DNA of 59,427 nt, filler included, from Squatina squatina (GCA_031763465.1; 4 parts of 3 records of this genome joined end to end with filler, not necessarily neighbours in it), one strand, 5' to 3'. Counted from the first letter of the whole stretch, positions 35,321 to 49,549 are shown. Translations and numbers: made by a program. The notes: generated by a model not told the origin, from the sequence alone.

Positions 35321-38300
35321 NNNNNNNNNNNNNNNNNNNNNNNNNNNNNNNNNNNNNNNNNNNNNNNNNNNNNNNNNNNNNNNNNNNNNNNNNNNNNNNN
35401 NNNNNNNNNNNNNNNNNNNNTTTGTGGGCAGTTTTATTCGAAGTCTGCGGCAAGCGCGTCCCTTTGCCACCGATCACAAAATCCGGGCCATTATGCATTA
35501 ACTAAGGATAGCTTTCTGGATTCAAACAGATAGAATAAATCAACTGCCCTTGGGGAAAAAGTGTACTTTCATGTGTATTTTTGCATTACACCCATGATAA
35601 CTATGCTGGCAGTGACAATCAAAATCACCACCTTCTGCTTTTCTGGATGGTTTTACGGTTCCCAACACATCCACACATATGTACCTTTCAATGCTTGATC
35701 AAATTGTCCTTGAGAGCCAACATCGACTAACATAAAACATCTGCTGTGGAGGTTTGTAACACTAATCAAAATCATCAATTTTAGGGAAAATGTTGCAACA
35801 CATTCTTCAGCTGTATAAAAAAGATTTCACAAAAATAATTACGACCTCTTCTGTATTAAAGGCAGTTCATTAGATTTTTTTTGCTTTACGAAGGGAAGTC
35901 TACATCAATTATCTGTACTGTAATATGAAATGCATGAAAGTTAACTATATTTTTCCTAATTGATTTGCATATCTCGGCAATATATGATCCCAGTAAAATT
36001 TCTGAAATAATTGGCACAGAATTTGCTGTCAGCGGCGAACCAATGACATTTGTCGCTGACCTCGATGAAAGCTGCCCACAAAATTCTCGTGATCCATGTG
36101 GCGTCAATTTCAGCTGACCCGATCTTTGTTTGAATCTGGTACCAAACCAAGTGAACCTCCAGTGTCCAGCAGTAGTGATGTGATAAAGTAGGCTAAACAG
36201 CCAATCACATTGAAGAATTCTCACAGACAGCAAATCAGGAAAAAAATGCACCAATTATAATTTACTTGTTATAAAATTTACAGAGAGCAAAATAAAGATT
36301 GGGAAATACACATAGGATTAAGGTAGAAGCTGAGATACCAGAAACAAATTTTNNNNNNNNNNNNNNNNNNNNNNNNNNNNNNNNNNNNNNNNNNNNNNNN
36401 NNNNNNNNNNNNNNNNNNNNNNNNNNNNNNNNNNNNNNNNNNNNNNNNNNNNTACTCTTAGCCACACATCTGCTTCACAGATTGGATTTGGATTTCACAC
36501 ATGGGAGCAATTAAGCCATTCCGTTGCATACTTACGAGCTGTTAACCATGAAGGAGACTGTTTGGCTGCATCCTGAACAAACTTAACCTGCATTGAGACT
36601 TTGCTATCATTGAAGAAAGATGAAGAAAACCAGCATGCTCGTTGTCCTTCTCAATGCAGGTATTAAAATGAATCAACAATTCCCCTTTTATTTGAGATCC
36701 CCTCTTGAGCTGTGCAAAGCAGATTACCACAGATAGTTGTACCCAGCACCATATTTCACTGGCGTGCCATTATTTATGAAGATGAGTAGAGTGCACAAGA
36801 TTCCCAAGTGAGTCTGCTAACAGTAAAATATCCTTTCTAAAGCGAGTGCTGCAATTCTGCTAACGCTGCCTACAATAGACAGTCTATTATGATGTATCTA
36901 AAATGTTGATGAAAATATTTAATGGATGACAGAGGATACCTTTGACTTGCTCCNNNNNNNNNNNNNNNNNTGCAAAATGACTCTCAATCTGCTTGCTGAT
37001 AAAATCTTCCACTATTACCACTGTTCTGCTGTCATAGTCTATTTGCCTCTCACCCCCCACCACCCCGGGTAGTCCCTTTCATCATGTTGCCACACTGTTG
37101 TTCAGGACCGCTCTCCTGTAAGTCACTTATACTTATTCAACAGTAGTTATCTATCGGGCAGTTTCCATAACTCAGAGAAATTGGTGCTCTGCATCTGAGA
37201 CTTCTGTCTTCCTCTTCTGCCCCTACATTTGGTCACCCTCTTTCTTCTAATTGTGAGCCATGTTTCCATGCAATATCATCCAGTTGTGGTACCACAATGA
37301 ATTGGAACATCAGTGCGTGGCACAAAATGTATTTGGATATTTGCTGGATGTTCCCCAGATCATTGAGCAGTAAAAAATGGAAGGTGGGCACTTCCTGAGG
37401 AAAATCAGTGGAACAGTGCACTCAGGGTGGTCTTCTGTACTTCTGAATACTATTGTCAGAAGCTTGAGAGCAAACTGCAGTAGGTGCATGACATGGAATG
37501 ATCATGGAATGAGGACAAAAATAAGTTTCTTCCCTTTGCTCTCTTAATTTCTATCTAGCACTGCAACAAAGATTAATTGCTGTAGTGATATTAGTTGTTT
37601 TCCAATGAAACAATGCCACATACCTGGCCTAAAATAGCGCATTTCAGCACCTTGTCAGCGAGTCTCACTATTGATTTCCACTATTTGCACAACAAACACC
37701 TTTCTAGGTGTTCAAATATCCCATTTTAAGTAATTTTCAGATTAAGCAAATTATAGGTCAACAGGAATAATGCTTAAAATGTATGCAATCCAAATCTAGT
37801 TTTAAAATAATAGCAAATAACATCATAAAATACATTTATCATTCTGAAACAGTTTTTGAAATAAGTAAAGATTTGTAAACTGCAGCATTAAGTAAATTAT
37901 TTTATTTTTCAATGTAAAACCAAATTTGGAAAACACTTTTACGACTTGAAGAAATTAGCCAATTTAAGATACCCCCACTAATAGATGGATAAAGTGTGCA
38001 TGTCACATGTTCCTGACACTCTGTTGTACATTACATGTCCTTTACAAAATACTTGCACCAGCTTACAGCCCTTGAAATGTTTATCATGCATGTTCATATT
38101 GAAGCAGGGCACAAATTCAGGCTGCAACTTACCACTGAAACTCTTCACACACTTAAATCTTAAAAGGGTTTCACAAAAAATTCCTAGCAAAACCCAGGAC
38201 ATGACATATCCATTTCTGGATCATTCCACTGCATTGCTGCCGGTTCACAGGCTCATGCAAATGCAGGACCACAAGTTTGCTGTCAACCACACTCCAGTAA

Positions 38301-38732
38301 ATTAAAATTCGCAAGGAAGATAACAGAAGGAGGTAAATGGTTAAGATAATTAACCAACAGGTCAAAGTTAATATAATCACTCATGGACGCTGCACTGCTG
38401 ATCTTATTCATAAGGTTAATTAGTGCATTATGAGAGGGATATTCATTGTTTGCATTCACATGGTAATGTAATCAGAGACTCATTCACTGTACTATTATAT
38501 CCACGACAGTACTGACACTCAGGCCAGCTGTAAAAACATCAAGATACGTCTGAAGCATGAACTTAGGAAAATTGGGACTAGCAAAAGAGCTTTAACCTAC
38601 AAAATCACTATAACAAATAGCATAATAAACAGGATAAAAATAAATTACTGCAATATACAAATGAATAGCAAGTACATTCAATTAAAATTCAATTATTTTG
38701 ACATGTTCCTAAACCAGCCTGTGCTATCAGGA

Positions 38733-38869
38733 AGAACATAGAACATAGAACATACAGCACATAACAGGCCCTTCGGCCCACGATGTTGTGCTGAACCTTT
38801 GTCCCAGATCAGAAAAACAAATTAATCTACACCCGCCATACCATTATCCATGCACCTGTCTAATAGCCG
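38733..38869 (-). mobile_element. CR1 LINE 3' end with (AGAACAT)n tail
   Basis: agaacatagaacatagaacatacagcacataacaggcccttcggcccac; the same tail is at 46235-46254. Confidence 0.7.
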
Positions 38870-41800
38870 NNNNNNNNNNNNNNNNNNNNNNNNNNNNNNN
38901 NNNNNNNNNNNNNNNNNNNNNNNNNNNNNNNNNNNNNNNNNNNNNNNNNNNNNNNNNNNNNNNNNNNNNAGAAACAAGGCAGTGGGAATGCAATTGATTA
39001 ATGAGATGGGTCACACGACACTGGTAGCAATAGTCACAAGAGCACCCCTCCAGCGCCTCTTTGCACCTCTCAGCACCTGCAACTGCGCCATGCCTGGATT
39101 TCACAGAAACTGTAACGAATTTAGCAACGCTCAGGCATTTCCAACGCCAGACGCATTGAGGGCGCTATTCCATGCTGCAGCGTTTGCAGCGCGCACCCAT
39201 GAATTACTAGCCCAAACAATTTTACCAAATACATTCAATCTTTGTTAGTACAGTTACAAATCATTGAACACGCAGCCTTCAGCCAATAAAGATCTGTCAC
39301 ATTGTAACCCTGAGTCAGGTCGATACGGCCCTATTTGGGGTAGAAAGGAAGCAAAATAAAGCACTATATGGAGGTGTGGGTTGACTGTGCGAGGAAGTAA
39401 CAGCTTCAGTTTTTCTCTATCAAACCAGCCTCACTTTAATGTCATAACTTTGTTTAAAATAAAGCAACTAGCCACTTATTGACAAAACAGGTTGTCAAAA
39501 GTGAGATTAACCAGAAACCAGGATTTGCAACATTGTGCGTCCCTCGTTTTAGCCTGATACCTTTTCACACCTCCCCGATTATGAGCAATAAGAATTAATT
39601 ACAAAATAAGAAAAGAACTAACTCTACTTATACTGAGCAATTTTTAAAATATGAATTATTTAACCCTTTTTACTTTTATGTAAACATAACAACGTGGTGT
39701 TCCTTTCTGTGTCAGGTTCCAGTACCTTGGATGTGTATCAGACGTTGGCCTCACCGCTCCTGATCTGCTGCTATGCTTGCTGTGGTATATTCTAATTACT
39801 TTTCCATGAAATTGTGAATTTGCCACTGGAGGATCGGGGAGCACAACCGTCTAACTTGTGGGGCTTGTTGCCAGCCTTGGCATTGCAGCGAATTCCGAGC
39901 GAATCTGTCTTCTGTACACACCAGGAACATGTCCGTATGTGCAGTCAGATGACTCTCATGCGAGGTTCTAAACAAGTGGAATAATAATATTTTTAGGCTC
40001 TGTCCATGTTCATCTTTTCCTAGACAGTCAGTTCTTGTTTAGCTCCCACACTTTGAAAAGCAATCAATTGGTGATTTATAATTTGCCACATTTACAAAGA
40101 TTGAAATGATGTTTCTTCCATTAAAGAATGCAGTGAATGGCTCTCCGCTCATTACAGAGACAGTTTGAAAGCAAATATAAGAGAGAATATGTAATTTGTG
40201 ACAGGAAATGCTGAATAACAGAGAGTGTAACAGACCAATTTTTAAATTTAATAGGTAAATGTAAAATCACGACAGTAGCTCTTGTGTTGGCAGGTAAGCT
40301 CAAAGAAAAAAATATAATGGCTGTTAATTATCCTACCAGGAACGATTTCAAGAAATTTCAGATGTGTGCTGGGGAAGGGAGGGTTGATCACTGTCTATAT
40401 TTCCCTATTTAGTCTCCAGCTCTCTGCAGAGAGGTTTCTGAAAGATAATGAGAGTGATTTAACATAAAACCACATCACATACCAGCAAGCACATCCTGCT
40501 CTCTCCAATACCTTGATATAAAGTCTGAGTGTAGGGTTACTGCGTATCATTTTGTGTCCAGTACTAACAAGCTGTTTTGGTTTACAGTGAAAATATTTCT
40601 ATTTTGGTTTTAGTTTTAACATGAGAGAAATAAAGGATGCTTTGAGAAGTCAAGGTGATTGGCCAATGTCAATATTTCAGGACATCACCAAAGCTGAAGA
40701 GAGTAGAAAAAGGATATGCACACTTCATGTCACCTTCAGCACCTGGGCAATAATTTGGTGGAGCAGATCACCCGTTCATTGTAGAACCTGCCCAACTTTT
40801 ATCCAATTGATTTTGATGGGATAAAAATCGAGCGGGTTCTCAAATGGGTGGGTAATCTGCTTTGCCATATTACCCAGCCAGNNNNNNNNNNNNNNNNNNN
40901 NNNNNNNNNNNNNNNNNNNNNNNNNNNNNNNNNNNNNNNNNNNNNNNNNNNNNNNNNNNNNNNNNNNNNNNNNNNNNNNNNTGACACAAAAAAAAATAAA
41001 AAAATAAGCCATTTCTGGATCCAACCAGGTGTGGCACACATTCAGAACCACGTAGTATTTATGCCAGTACAGACTATCTCCAAATTATTGACAGCATTGC
41101 AAATACATGGACAGATTGTTAAACCTGTGTTTTGCGAAGATTAAAAAAAAACACAGAAAGCGGCTGGCACATGGTCAAAGGTTATAGAAGGTGACAAGTG
41201 CAACGCTCGGACTTAACGTCACATTAAGTGCAACCCGCACATTTTTAAATTATACACCTAGAGTACATAAACGCTGTGTCCATCTTTGCACAAATCTGCT
41301 GGTTTACCAAGATTAAAGGACAACGTAAGCCCGCCTCCAGTAACATTGATTATACTCGAGTTATAAGTCTCCACAACAAATAGCCATATGCATAAGGTCA
41401 CAAAGTTGCTCTAAATTGTTAATTTAATGCTTCAGGTGAACATGCTTCGACCAGAAGTTTGGGATTTATCCGGTTGCTAATATAGTAAGGAATGGAGCCT
41501 TCGCTGTCTGTATGCTTATTTATATTAATATGTAAACGAAATATATTGGCGAAACAAGTCACGCCGTACGATCAGTTTTGACTAATGAATCCGACAAACA
41601 ACGAATTTTAAGCAAAGTCGTGGAGGCGTCCGACGAGAAGACTGGGACAGCGCCGTTTATTTACTGCAGTTAAACATCTCAGGCAGTTCGTTACCATTTG
41701 CCGGTGGTGTATTTCCATCCTCAATATATTCTCATTCTCCTTGAGATTTTTCAAACAGACTTGTACAATTAATTATAAATAATTACCACGGATTGATTCT

Positions 41801-42179
41801 GACTGTAAAGACAAACGCACAAAAAAGTACAGCAATACAAGTACTACGTGCTCAGCTTTCCGCAGGTTTTGCAGCAGATCCTCAGATTACAATTGAATAC
41901 TAACATCGAAATTGTACAGGAGAAAAGCGGGGAGAGCGTGGTGGGAAGCAACTAAAAACGAAAGCTGAATTAAGATATAGATTTGAAATAAAAGTAGAAC
42001 AGAAAGTAATGGAGACTTCCTAGAGCTGCATTATAAGCGAAGCCCGGAACCACTAGTTAACTGAAACATTACCAAAAAAACACACACACACAGTGAAGTA
42101 AAAGACGGAAGCAAAGAAAAAGAGACATTGAACAATTAACTTTATTTCCTGGTCTTGTAACGACATCATGTGACGGGCT

Positions 42180-42427
42180 TGAGTGGCAACATGTCGGGCA
42201 CGGAGAGTCAATGCCAGTTTGGCTGGCGGGAGCGCTCGCGCTCCTCCCATTGTCCCTGGAGCGCGCGCATTGGCGGGCCGCGCTGTCAGCCCCGTCGAGT
42301 TGGAACGCGGCCCTGGGGTCGGCGGCGCGCGCGATAGGCCGAGGCCATTGTCCCTCTCGGAAGGTTGGGGGCGGGTTTCCGTTCGCGCTCCGGCGCTGGC
42401 TCAGGCTCGCTCAGGCTCAGGGTGTGC
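42180..42427. promoter_or_regulatory. CpG island / promoter-like segment, truncated by gap
   Basis: Very high GC and CpG density (gcgcgcgc, ggggcggg GC-box) against an AT-rich background; CpGs are already raised from about 41500. Confidence 0.7.
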
Positions 42428-43384
42428 NNNNNNNNNNNNNNNNNNNNNNNNNNNNNNNNNNNNNNNNNNNNNNNNNNNNNNNNNNNNNNNNNNNNNNNNN
42501 NNNNNNNNNNNNNNNNNNNNNNNNNNNTACTTACACAACATAATCTATCTTGCTCTCAGAAGCCTAGATCTGGGTTGAATGCTTCTATTTACGGTACAAT
42601 ACTTCAAATATAAAGAGTGTACAAATTCTTGTATGTTAATGCAATAAAACTACTGTTTGCTAACTAGAGAAAATTGAATTAATGGATGAATTATCAAGAT
42701 CTGATAATCGTCTCCATTCTCAAAGATACATTTGCTTCTGCAGAGGGATTTAGCTGGTTTTCTGGTTTGCTTTATCATTTTATAGCAGCACTCCAGTAGC
42801 AGCAGGACAGGCTAGGAGAAACTATCATGGACAGTACACAAAAAAAGCTATGGATTTTACTAGCGAGTGAATGAATTACTGGTAAAGGTGCAAAAATGCA
42901 ATATTTATTTTCAGTTGAGAGTTTTATTCTTAAACAAGAAAAGGAGGAGCATGTGACCTCTGAGAAGCTCCCCTGCTGCAGGTTTAAACTTCATTTTAAT
43001 TTGCATACATGAACTGGTCTTTTTAAATCAGCTTCTCTATTATTTCTAATGCAAGCCCCTTCTGTGCTTGTTAGTTCAGCAGAATTACTTTTGTTCATTT
43101 ATTTCTGGCAGAACTTTTGGCAGTGTGTGGGCAAATTCCAGCACTTGAATCCTCTCCTCCAATCCATGAAGTTGGTGAAGCTTCATCCCACTTTGGACGC
43201 AGTCATGCTACGATTTTCATGTCACACAAGGTCTCTCTCTCTCTCTGCCTGTTCCCCTTTGGAATAACCCAGAGATCCCCCTCTAACCATTGGGGCTTTC
43301 TGCGCGTGGAGTGGTTTGGATGTTGCACTCTTGCCACACTTGCTCGAGGGTGACTCAATCCAATCTTTCACTTTGCTACAAAGG

Positions 43385-43484
43385 NNNNNNNNNNNNNNNN
43401 NNNNNNNNNNNNNNNNNNNNNNNNNNNNTTAATTAATTAANNNNNNNNNNNNNNNNNNNNNNNNNNNNNNNNNNNNNNNNNNNN
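43385..43484. other. Artificial scaffold-junction linker N44-TTAATTAATTAA-N44
   Basis: 12-mer at 43429-43440. Confidence 0.95.
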
Positions 43485-44589
43485 AGTCGAAAAATCCATA
43501 CATTAGACCCGCAACAAATTATGCTGTTCAAAACAACGGTAGCAGTATATACTTGAAAAAAATACCGACTCTATAAGCCGATATGCATCTTTCAACCAGT
43601 GTTCTGGCTTTATGCTTAGATTTCGTCACCGTTAAAGAGCACATGCAGGAAACAATATCCACGATATTTGCTCAAGCTGCTGATCTTATTAGCGAAATAA
43701 GCTTCAGCTTGTGCAGCATTTGCAAAAACCCCGGTATTTTTCAAGATAGTCTATGATTCGATAGTCCAAGTTGCAACTTCATAATAGAAAGTATGCAAGC
43801 TGCTAGCAAGAGCGCTCTCAAATTAACTCGGTCGCGCACTCAGCAATACATTTTTCATTGACAAAATCGGACACCACATAGTCTTTTGGGCTTTCATTTT
43901 CCAGACACGGTAAATCTTCTAATTATATAAACTGAATTGATTTTGCATTATCGGACCTTACTCAACGCCACTGTGTAGAAGGGTGCAAATAAATTCAGTT
44001 TACTGCAGTAAACTATTGCTTTTCATGTAAACAAGGTCATTATAGCGTTGAGACTTCCAAAGATATTTGCTGTTTATGTATACAAACTATGTTTCCTACA
44101 TTGTCACAAGTGCTGCATTTTAGGCACGTTTGTTGCATAATACAGGCACCCACAGTGAAGAACATGAAAACATACTAGATATTATTTCACAACTGCACAA
44201 AGAAACTGGGAACACTTGTCCAGTTGTTGCCATTTCCAAACACACTATGCATAAACGTGCAAAATCCTTGTACGTTCACACACCATGTTTTGAGATGTGA
44301 CTTTGCAACAAACAATTGGCTGTTAAACAAGCCATTAAAGCGCAAAACATAAGCAGATCCGTGCAGAATGCCATTGTGTCAGGCAGAATCTGGAGCGAGA
44401 TGCCAAGGCTAGGAGGCGGCAGGCTGCAATGCCTTTTGCTGCTGCTGTTGGGAGCTCGGTCAAGGCCTCGGCTCGGACTGAGCTCCAATNNNNNNNNNNN
44501 NNNNNNNNNNNNNNNNNNNNNNNNNNNNNNNNNNNNNNNNNNNNNNNNNNNNNNNNNNNNNNNNNNNNNNNNNNNNNNNNNNNNNNNNN

Positions 44590-45020
44590 AAATGAAGTGG
44601 GCCAAGTCGGTAATATAAAGGTAGGTGAATGTCTGAGAAACATGAACGCAACACTAGGTTCAATATAAAAATTGAAAAGTGTCAAGCATAAAAGTACTTG
44701 GCTGGAAAAGAAAACACATTTTAATGAGATAAAAAAAAGAACTATTCCAGATAAATTGAAAAGAAAAATTGACAAATAAGATAGTGTACAAACAATGGGA
44801 AACTTTCAAACTGGTGCTGACTTGGGTACAGACTAAACATATTCACACAAGAGATAAAGAGAGTTCAGCAAGAGCTCAAGTTCCTTGGATGAGTAGGGAA
44901 ATTAAAATTAAAATGAGTCAAAAAAGAGGCATCTGACAAATTAATACAAAAGAAAATCAGACAGAGTATAGAAAATATAGATGAGAAGCAAAAATGAAAT
45001 AAGAAAGGCTAAGAGAGGTT
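44590..45020 (+). mobile_element. CR1 ORF2 linker-region fragment (degenerate)
   Basis: A-rich remnant with QWETFK, RAQVPWMSREIKIKM and EIRKAKR-like segments. Confidence 0.55.
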
Positions 45021-46069
45021 TGCCAGAGATTTGGGTTTGCCAGAGATACTTTCTTTGGTTCAATTCAGAGGTAGCTAATCAATAGGAACTAATATTGCAG
45101 ATTGTCGCTTGGGTAATCACTCAATCTCACAGGGAAGAAATAAAATCCCCAGCTTGCAAAGCAAAACACCTGTAAAGAAGTATAAAGCATGATTGACAGC
45201 AACCATGCTAAAGAGAGCAGCTCATAGCCTTCTGTCATCCGAAATATACGAGCGCAGCATGGCATTGAGGAAGTGTGAAGGTGAGTCTATAAAAGAAAGA
45301 ACAAATTGGAATAAAAGTAGAGTTTCAAGAAAGTGTCACCATATATGGAAACAACCAGAATAAGTAATTCACAAAAACTGGGAACTTGCCTTTTGATTTA
45401 GATGATTTTAAAGACTTGCTTCTAAATAAAAATTACAAATAACTGTAGTTTTGATCACAATCGCAAGGCCTTTGGACAACTGTTATTTACAACAAGACCA
45501 AAAAAAATCTCCAAATCTGTTTGCTCTGTGCAGTTTCTAATGACATTCAGCCAGCAGGCAGGTTTAGCCCTATCAGAAATCTAGTTCATGCCATCCATCA
45601 TACAGCCATCCTGTTAAACTGTCACTAGCACCTTGACTTTTTTTCTTTTTGTGGTACTGTCTCATCAAGATGTTCTTAAAACTTGCACAATATTACATTA
45701 GCAGCCTTACATTGTGACAGATAATGTCCCTATTATTTTTACATTTTGACAGACGTTACCTTTTCCACTGCCATTTATTTTTCTGCAGGCTTATGTTTAA
45801 AATAATTGAGTATTTAAAATGAAAAACTTTGAAACAGCGATTCCTGCTTGCAGGGGTTAGACTGAATCTGCTGGTTGCTGGCACTCACTGGTTAGCTTGT
45901 CAGTCAGTTAAACAGCTATTGGATAGCTGCAGGATGGCACTGGTACCTGATTACAGAAACCGGGTAGTACATACTCAATCAGTACTAGTGACGCATTCCA
46001 GATTGGTGATCTAATGGAAGTCCTTACATGGACAAAAACACAGCCATATGTTTATAAAAATAAATACTA

Positions 46070-46232
46070 TTTGGAAATAAAAGCAGAACATGTTGGAAAT
46101 GCACAGCAGCTCAATCAAGAAAGGTTGATATTTCAACTAAAATTGAAATGCTAATCTGTCTTTCTATTTCAGATGTTAACTGAATTGCTATGCATTTTCA
46201 GCATTTTCTGCTTTTACTTCTGATTTCCAGCG
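46070..46232. mobile_element. Penelope-like inverted terminal repeat remnant
   Basis: aaaagcagaacatgttggaaatgca and tgcattttcagcattttctgctttt form an inverted pair. Confidence 0.55.
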
Positions 46233-47089
46233 TTAACATAGAACATAGAACATANNNNNNNNNNNNNNNNNNNNNNNNNNNNNNNNNNNNNNNNNNNNNN
46301 NNNNNNNNNNNNNNNNNNNNNNNNNNNNNNNNNNNNNNNNNNNNNNNNNNNNNNAAAATATTTGTGCCAATCCCCTTTGGCTTTTTTGTAAGATTTGAAT
46401 CAAGTCTCTGAAATCTGATGTAAGGAGCTAGTTAGTTTTATTCATTGTACCTCTACAATAATAAACGATCATTAATGCATAACTGCTAAAATTTGTCTAT
46501 GGCCAAATGTATGGTTTTATACAATGAAGAATGCCTTATTTGTAACATTACAGTATTTGGATATGAAGACCTGAGTAGTTATGCTCCAGCTAGTTTAATG
46601 ACTAAGTGCAGAGTGGCTTTATCGGGATCTCCTCATGGAGCCATTATGCACCAAGTTTTATTCACTCCACGGATTGTTGCATAAACTAACAGCTTGGCTG
46701 GTTTAGAAGTGTGAAAGTATTATTATTACAGGTGTAATTGGCTGTTTTTCTGGTCTCCCTGTATTTGCATTTGGCTTTCAATAATCCAGCCACAGGAAAT
46801 CATTTTGGCTGGTGGCTGTTTAAATCAACATTAAAATATTTCTTATTAAAAGAGGAAAATACACTCCCTACCCCCTTCACAACAGCCCATCCCCTCTGTT
46901 ACTGAAGTAACATAGCACTGATTTTTGTTCACACTGTGATCCTTATGTTAGCGGAGGGTCAGGGGAACTCAAATGTCATGTTCTGACACCAATCTCTGCA
47001 GGAAATATACGTATTTGAGAGATTTTTCTCTTGAGATGTTTTTTTTGTCGTGAAGAGCCTTGGATCTTCTGTTGAAATTTGAGGGATAC

Positions 47090-47300
47090 ACAGAAGTTGC
47101 AGCATAGAACCAGGCCGTTCAGCCCAACTGGTCTGTGCTTCTCCACAGAAGCCTCCTCTCACCCTACTCCATCTAACACTATCTGCATAACCTTATTCCT
47201 TTCCCCCTCATGTGCTTATCTCGCTTCCCCTTAAAGGCATCTATTCTATTCGCATCAACTACTCCATGTGGTAGCAAGTTCCATATTCTAACCACTGAGG
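47090..47300 (-). mobile_element. CR1 LINE 3' end
   Basis: acagaagttgcagcatagaaccaggccgttcagcccaac...ccatattctaaccact. Confidence 0.7.
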
Positions 47301-47420
47301 TTGATTTGCTCCCCCTCCAACCCCTACTACTTTTTTGCAAGAAATGTAATAAGCATGACTCGGTTTGAAATTTCTATGGGGTGGGGGAGAGGTGCTAAAT
47401 TATTAAGCTTTGGAGTTTAT

Positions 47421-47564
47421 GGGGGAGTATTTCCACTGGGTTGTCTCAATCTCCCACCACAATGTTAATGGAAGATTGGCAGAACCCGTGGAGAAACAGC
47501 ATAAACGGCAGTATTCAGAAGTTCGGGTGAAAGATCGGGAGAACCCCTGTGGAAATTCCAAGCC
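47421..47564. mobile_element. MITE with ~35-bp imperfect TIRs (Harbinger-like)
   Basis: Left end ggggagtatttccactgggttgtctcaatctcccacc aligns with the reverse complement of the right end, ggcttggaatttccacaggggttctcccgatctttcacc. Confidence 0.6.
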
Positions 47565-49549
47565 AATGTACTTTGTGATGGGTTTGGGGGTCTTCCCTTC
47601 TCGACTTATGTGAGTGAAAAGTTTACAACACTACTACCTCAGCCCTGGGTCCAGAAAATAAGCCTTTATATAGCTTTAAAAAAGTTTAAATGTCAAGGAA
47701 GAGATTTTTGAAAAAGCAATTGATTAGAAGGCATGAATATTTAGTATGCTTTAAAGAATTTGTGACTTATTGCAACTTTAATTAAATAATGTAGATTCAG
47801 AATAGTTGAGACTATTAAATATAAGGTATTAGAGACGGTTTCATAAATTAATGAAAGCATACCAGAAATCACTGGAGTGAGATGGTATGTTATATCCTTG
47901 TTCCATTTGGTGGAAGATTTGGACCACACTTAGTTCAATCCATGTCAATGTTTTCTCCTTGAACAGTCTAGATCTTGCCCTCGATTATGTTTTTCTATTT
48001 GACCATTCATTAAAAACTATGCTTCCTGCAGGTTATCTCCAGGTTTCTTTCCAGCAGTTGGTACAGCTCTACGCCTGGCTGTGTGCTGACCTGGAGCCTA
48101 TGGAGACAATCATCCTCAGTCATTGCTAGCGAGAGGTTTCAGAGCTTATAGTTATGGTTGGTGGTTTCTTGCAACTTTAGACAATTTAGTTTGTAAGTAG
48201 AGTAACAAGTACTATGGGCATAGCAGTTAAAAACTAGTTTTCATCAGGTGTTTTCATTAAGTATAATTTTCCACTCTCTCAAACCTGTGCTTGGCTTGAA
48301 AACATATAATTTGCAACAGGTCAAGCAATTGACTTGCAGCAGTTAAATCAGCTACATTGAACTGTTACTTCTGCATTTTAGATAACATTTTTCTGCCAGC
48401 ATTATGATTGACTTTATAGTTGAGTGAAGATTGGTGGTTGTCTATTTTTCTTGAAACATCTGCCCACATTGCTTTTCCATCTGCAAACTCTATGATGACC
48501 CCCAGAACTCCTCCCACAATGTCAGCAGCAGTTACATGTTCAAATAGTACTTACAGCATGCAATATAAAATTACAGACGAATCCTAACTATTTAATTTTC
48601 GAAGGACACCCTGACATTAAAACTCCCTCTTTAAGGAATACGGAAGAAGATTTCCTTTGTTCGCTATTTGTAGCAATGTTAAAATCATGTTCTTTACACG
48701 CGTATTTACAACTTTTCTACAAGTGGTGAATAGGTAAAATCTTCCCCCATGATTGATATTCCTAGACCAATGTAAGAGAGGGACCTGAACACTGTAACAG
48801 TGTGTTTAAGGTATCATTTATTAAGCATAGAAATATGATTAATATGTTTAACATAAAAAATAAAATTCAAAGCAGAGGACAGGAAGCTTGTCTAGACTAC
48901 TTACACCATTAATGCTTTATGGTGTTTATTTCTTTTACATAACCAATTATCGCTGGTCCTTTACAGTAGGGTAATTGGGTCACGTGTGGCCATCTATGGC
49001 TCATAAGTTTCTAAAATATCAGTTTTTTCCCAAACAATTAACTTTTCACATTTCCCAAAAATGTTACATTTTGTGTCATCAGTTATTCAGCAAAGAAAGT
49101 GAAGTGCGTAGCAAGTAGAATGTACAAGAAACGTTTAGCAGCGTCGATACTCCCACGCAAGGGTGGGTAGACTGACCACAGACTGTCATTTATGAAGTCA
49201 GTAAGCACTGTAACATTTCACTCCTGCGTAATCAGTTGCCAAACATTTTTATAATGCCTATATATAGAGAGATTAACAAAAAAACTACTGTTTGATTCAA
49301 CCATCTGTAGTGTTTATTTTTCAAATGTGGTAATACATAATTGATTTTTACCTGAACTCTCAAAATGAAGGCTGAATAAGTAAGACATCAGTGGGTTATA
49401 ATATGCCATATTGCTGATATGAGAACAAACTGCTGATTTTTGAACGCTTTTCTCTGGTTCGCTACCAATTCCCTTAAACCGCCTGCTTTTGAGTGGAATA
49501 ATTTGTAAGACAGTGCAATATTTAAAAAAAGGTTAATTATTTTGTATGC

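Noticed and set aside
36530-36570. Strong minus-strand donor (C|gtaagtatg) with a possible 37-nt exon
   Set aside because: Too short to support a call, and the peptide is unrecognised.
44276-44489. Signal-peptide-like ORFs on both strands (MPRLGGGRLQCLLLLLLG; MAFCTDLLMFCALMACLT)
   Set aside because: The Leu run comes from a short CTG repeat, one ORF is cut by a gap, there is no convincing donor and the peptides are unrecognised. It may be UTR or promoter sequence.
48030-48140. Exon-like segment VSFQQLVQLYAWLCADLEPMETIILSHC*
   Set aside because: Weak donor and no identifiable homology; only a faint resemblance to a Harbinger transposase N-terminus.
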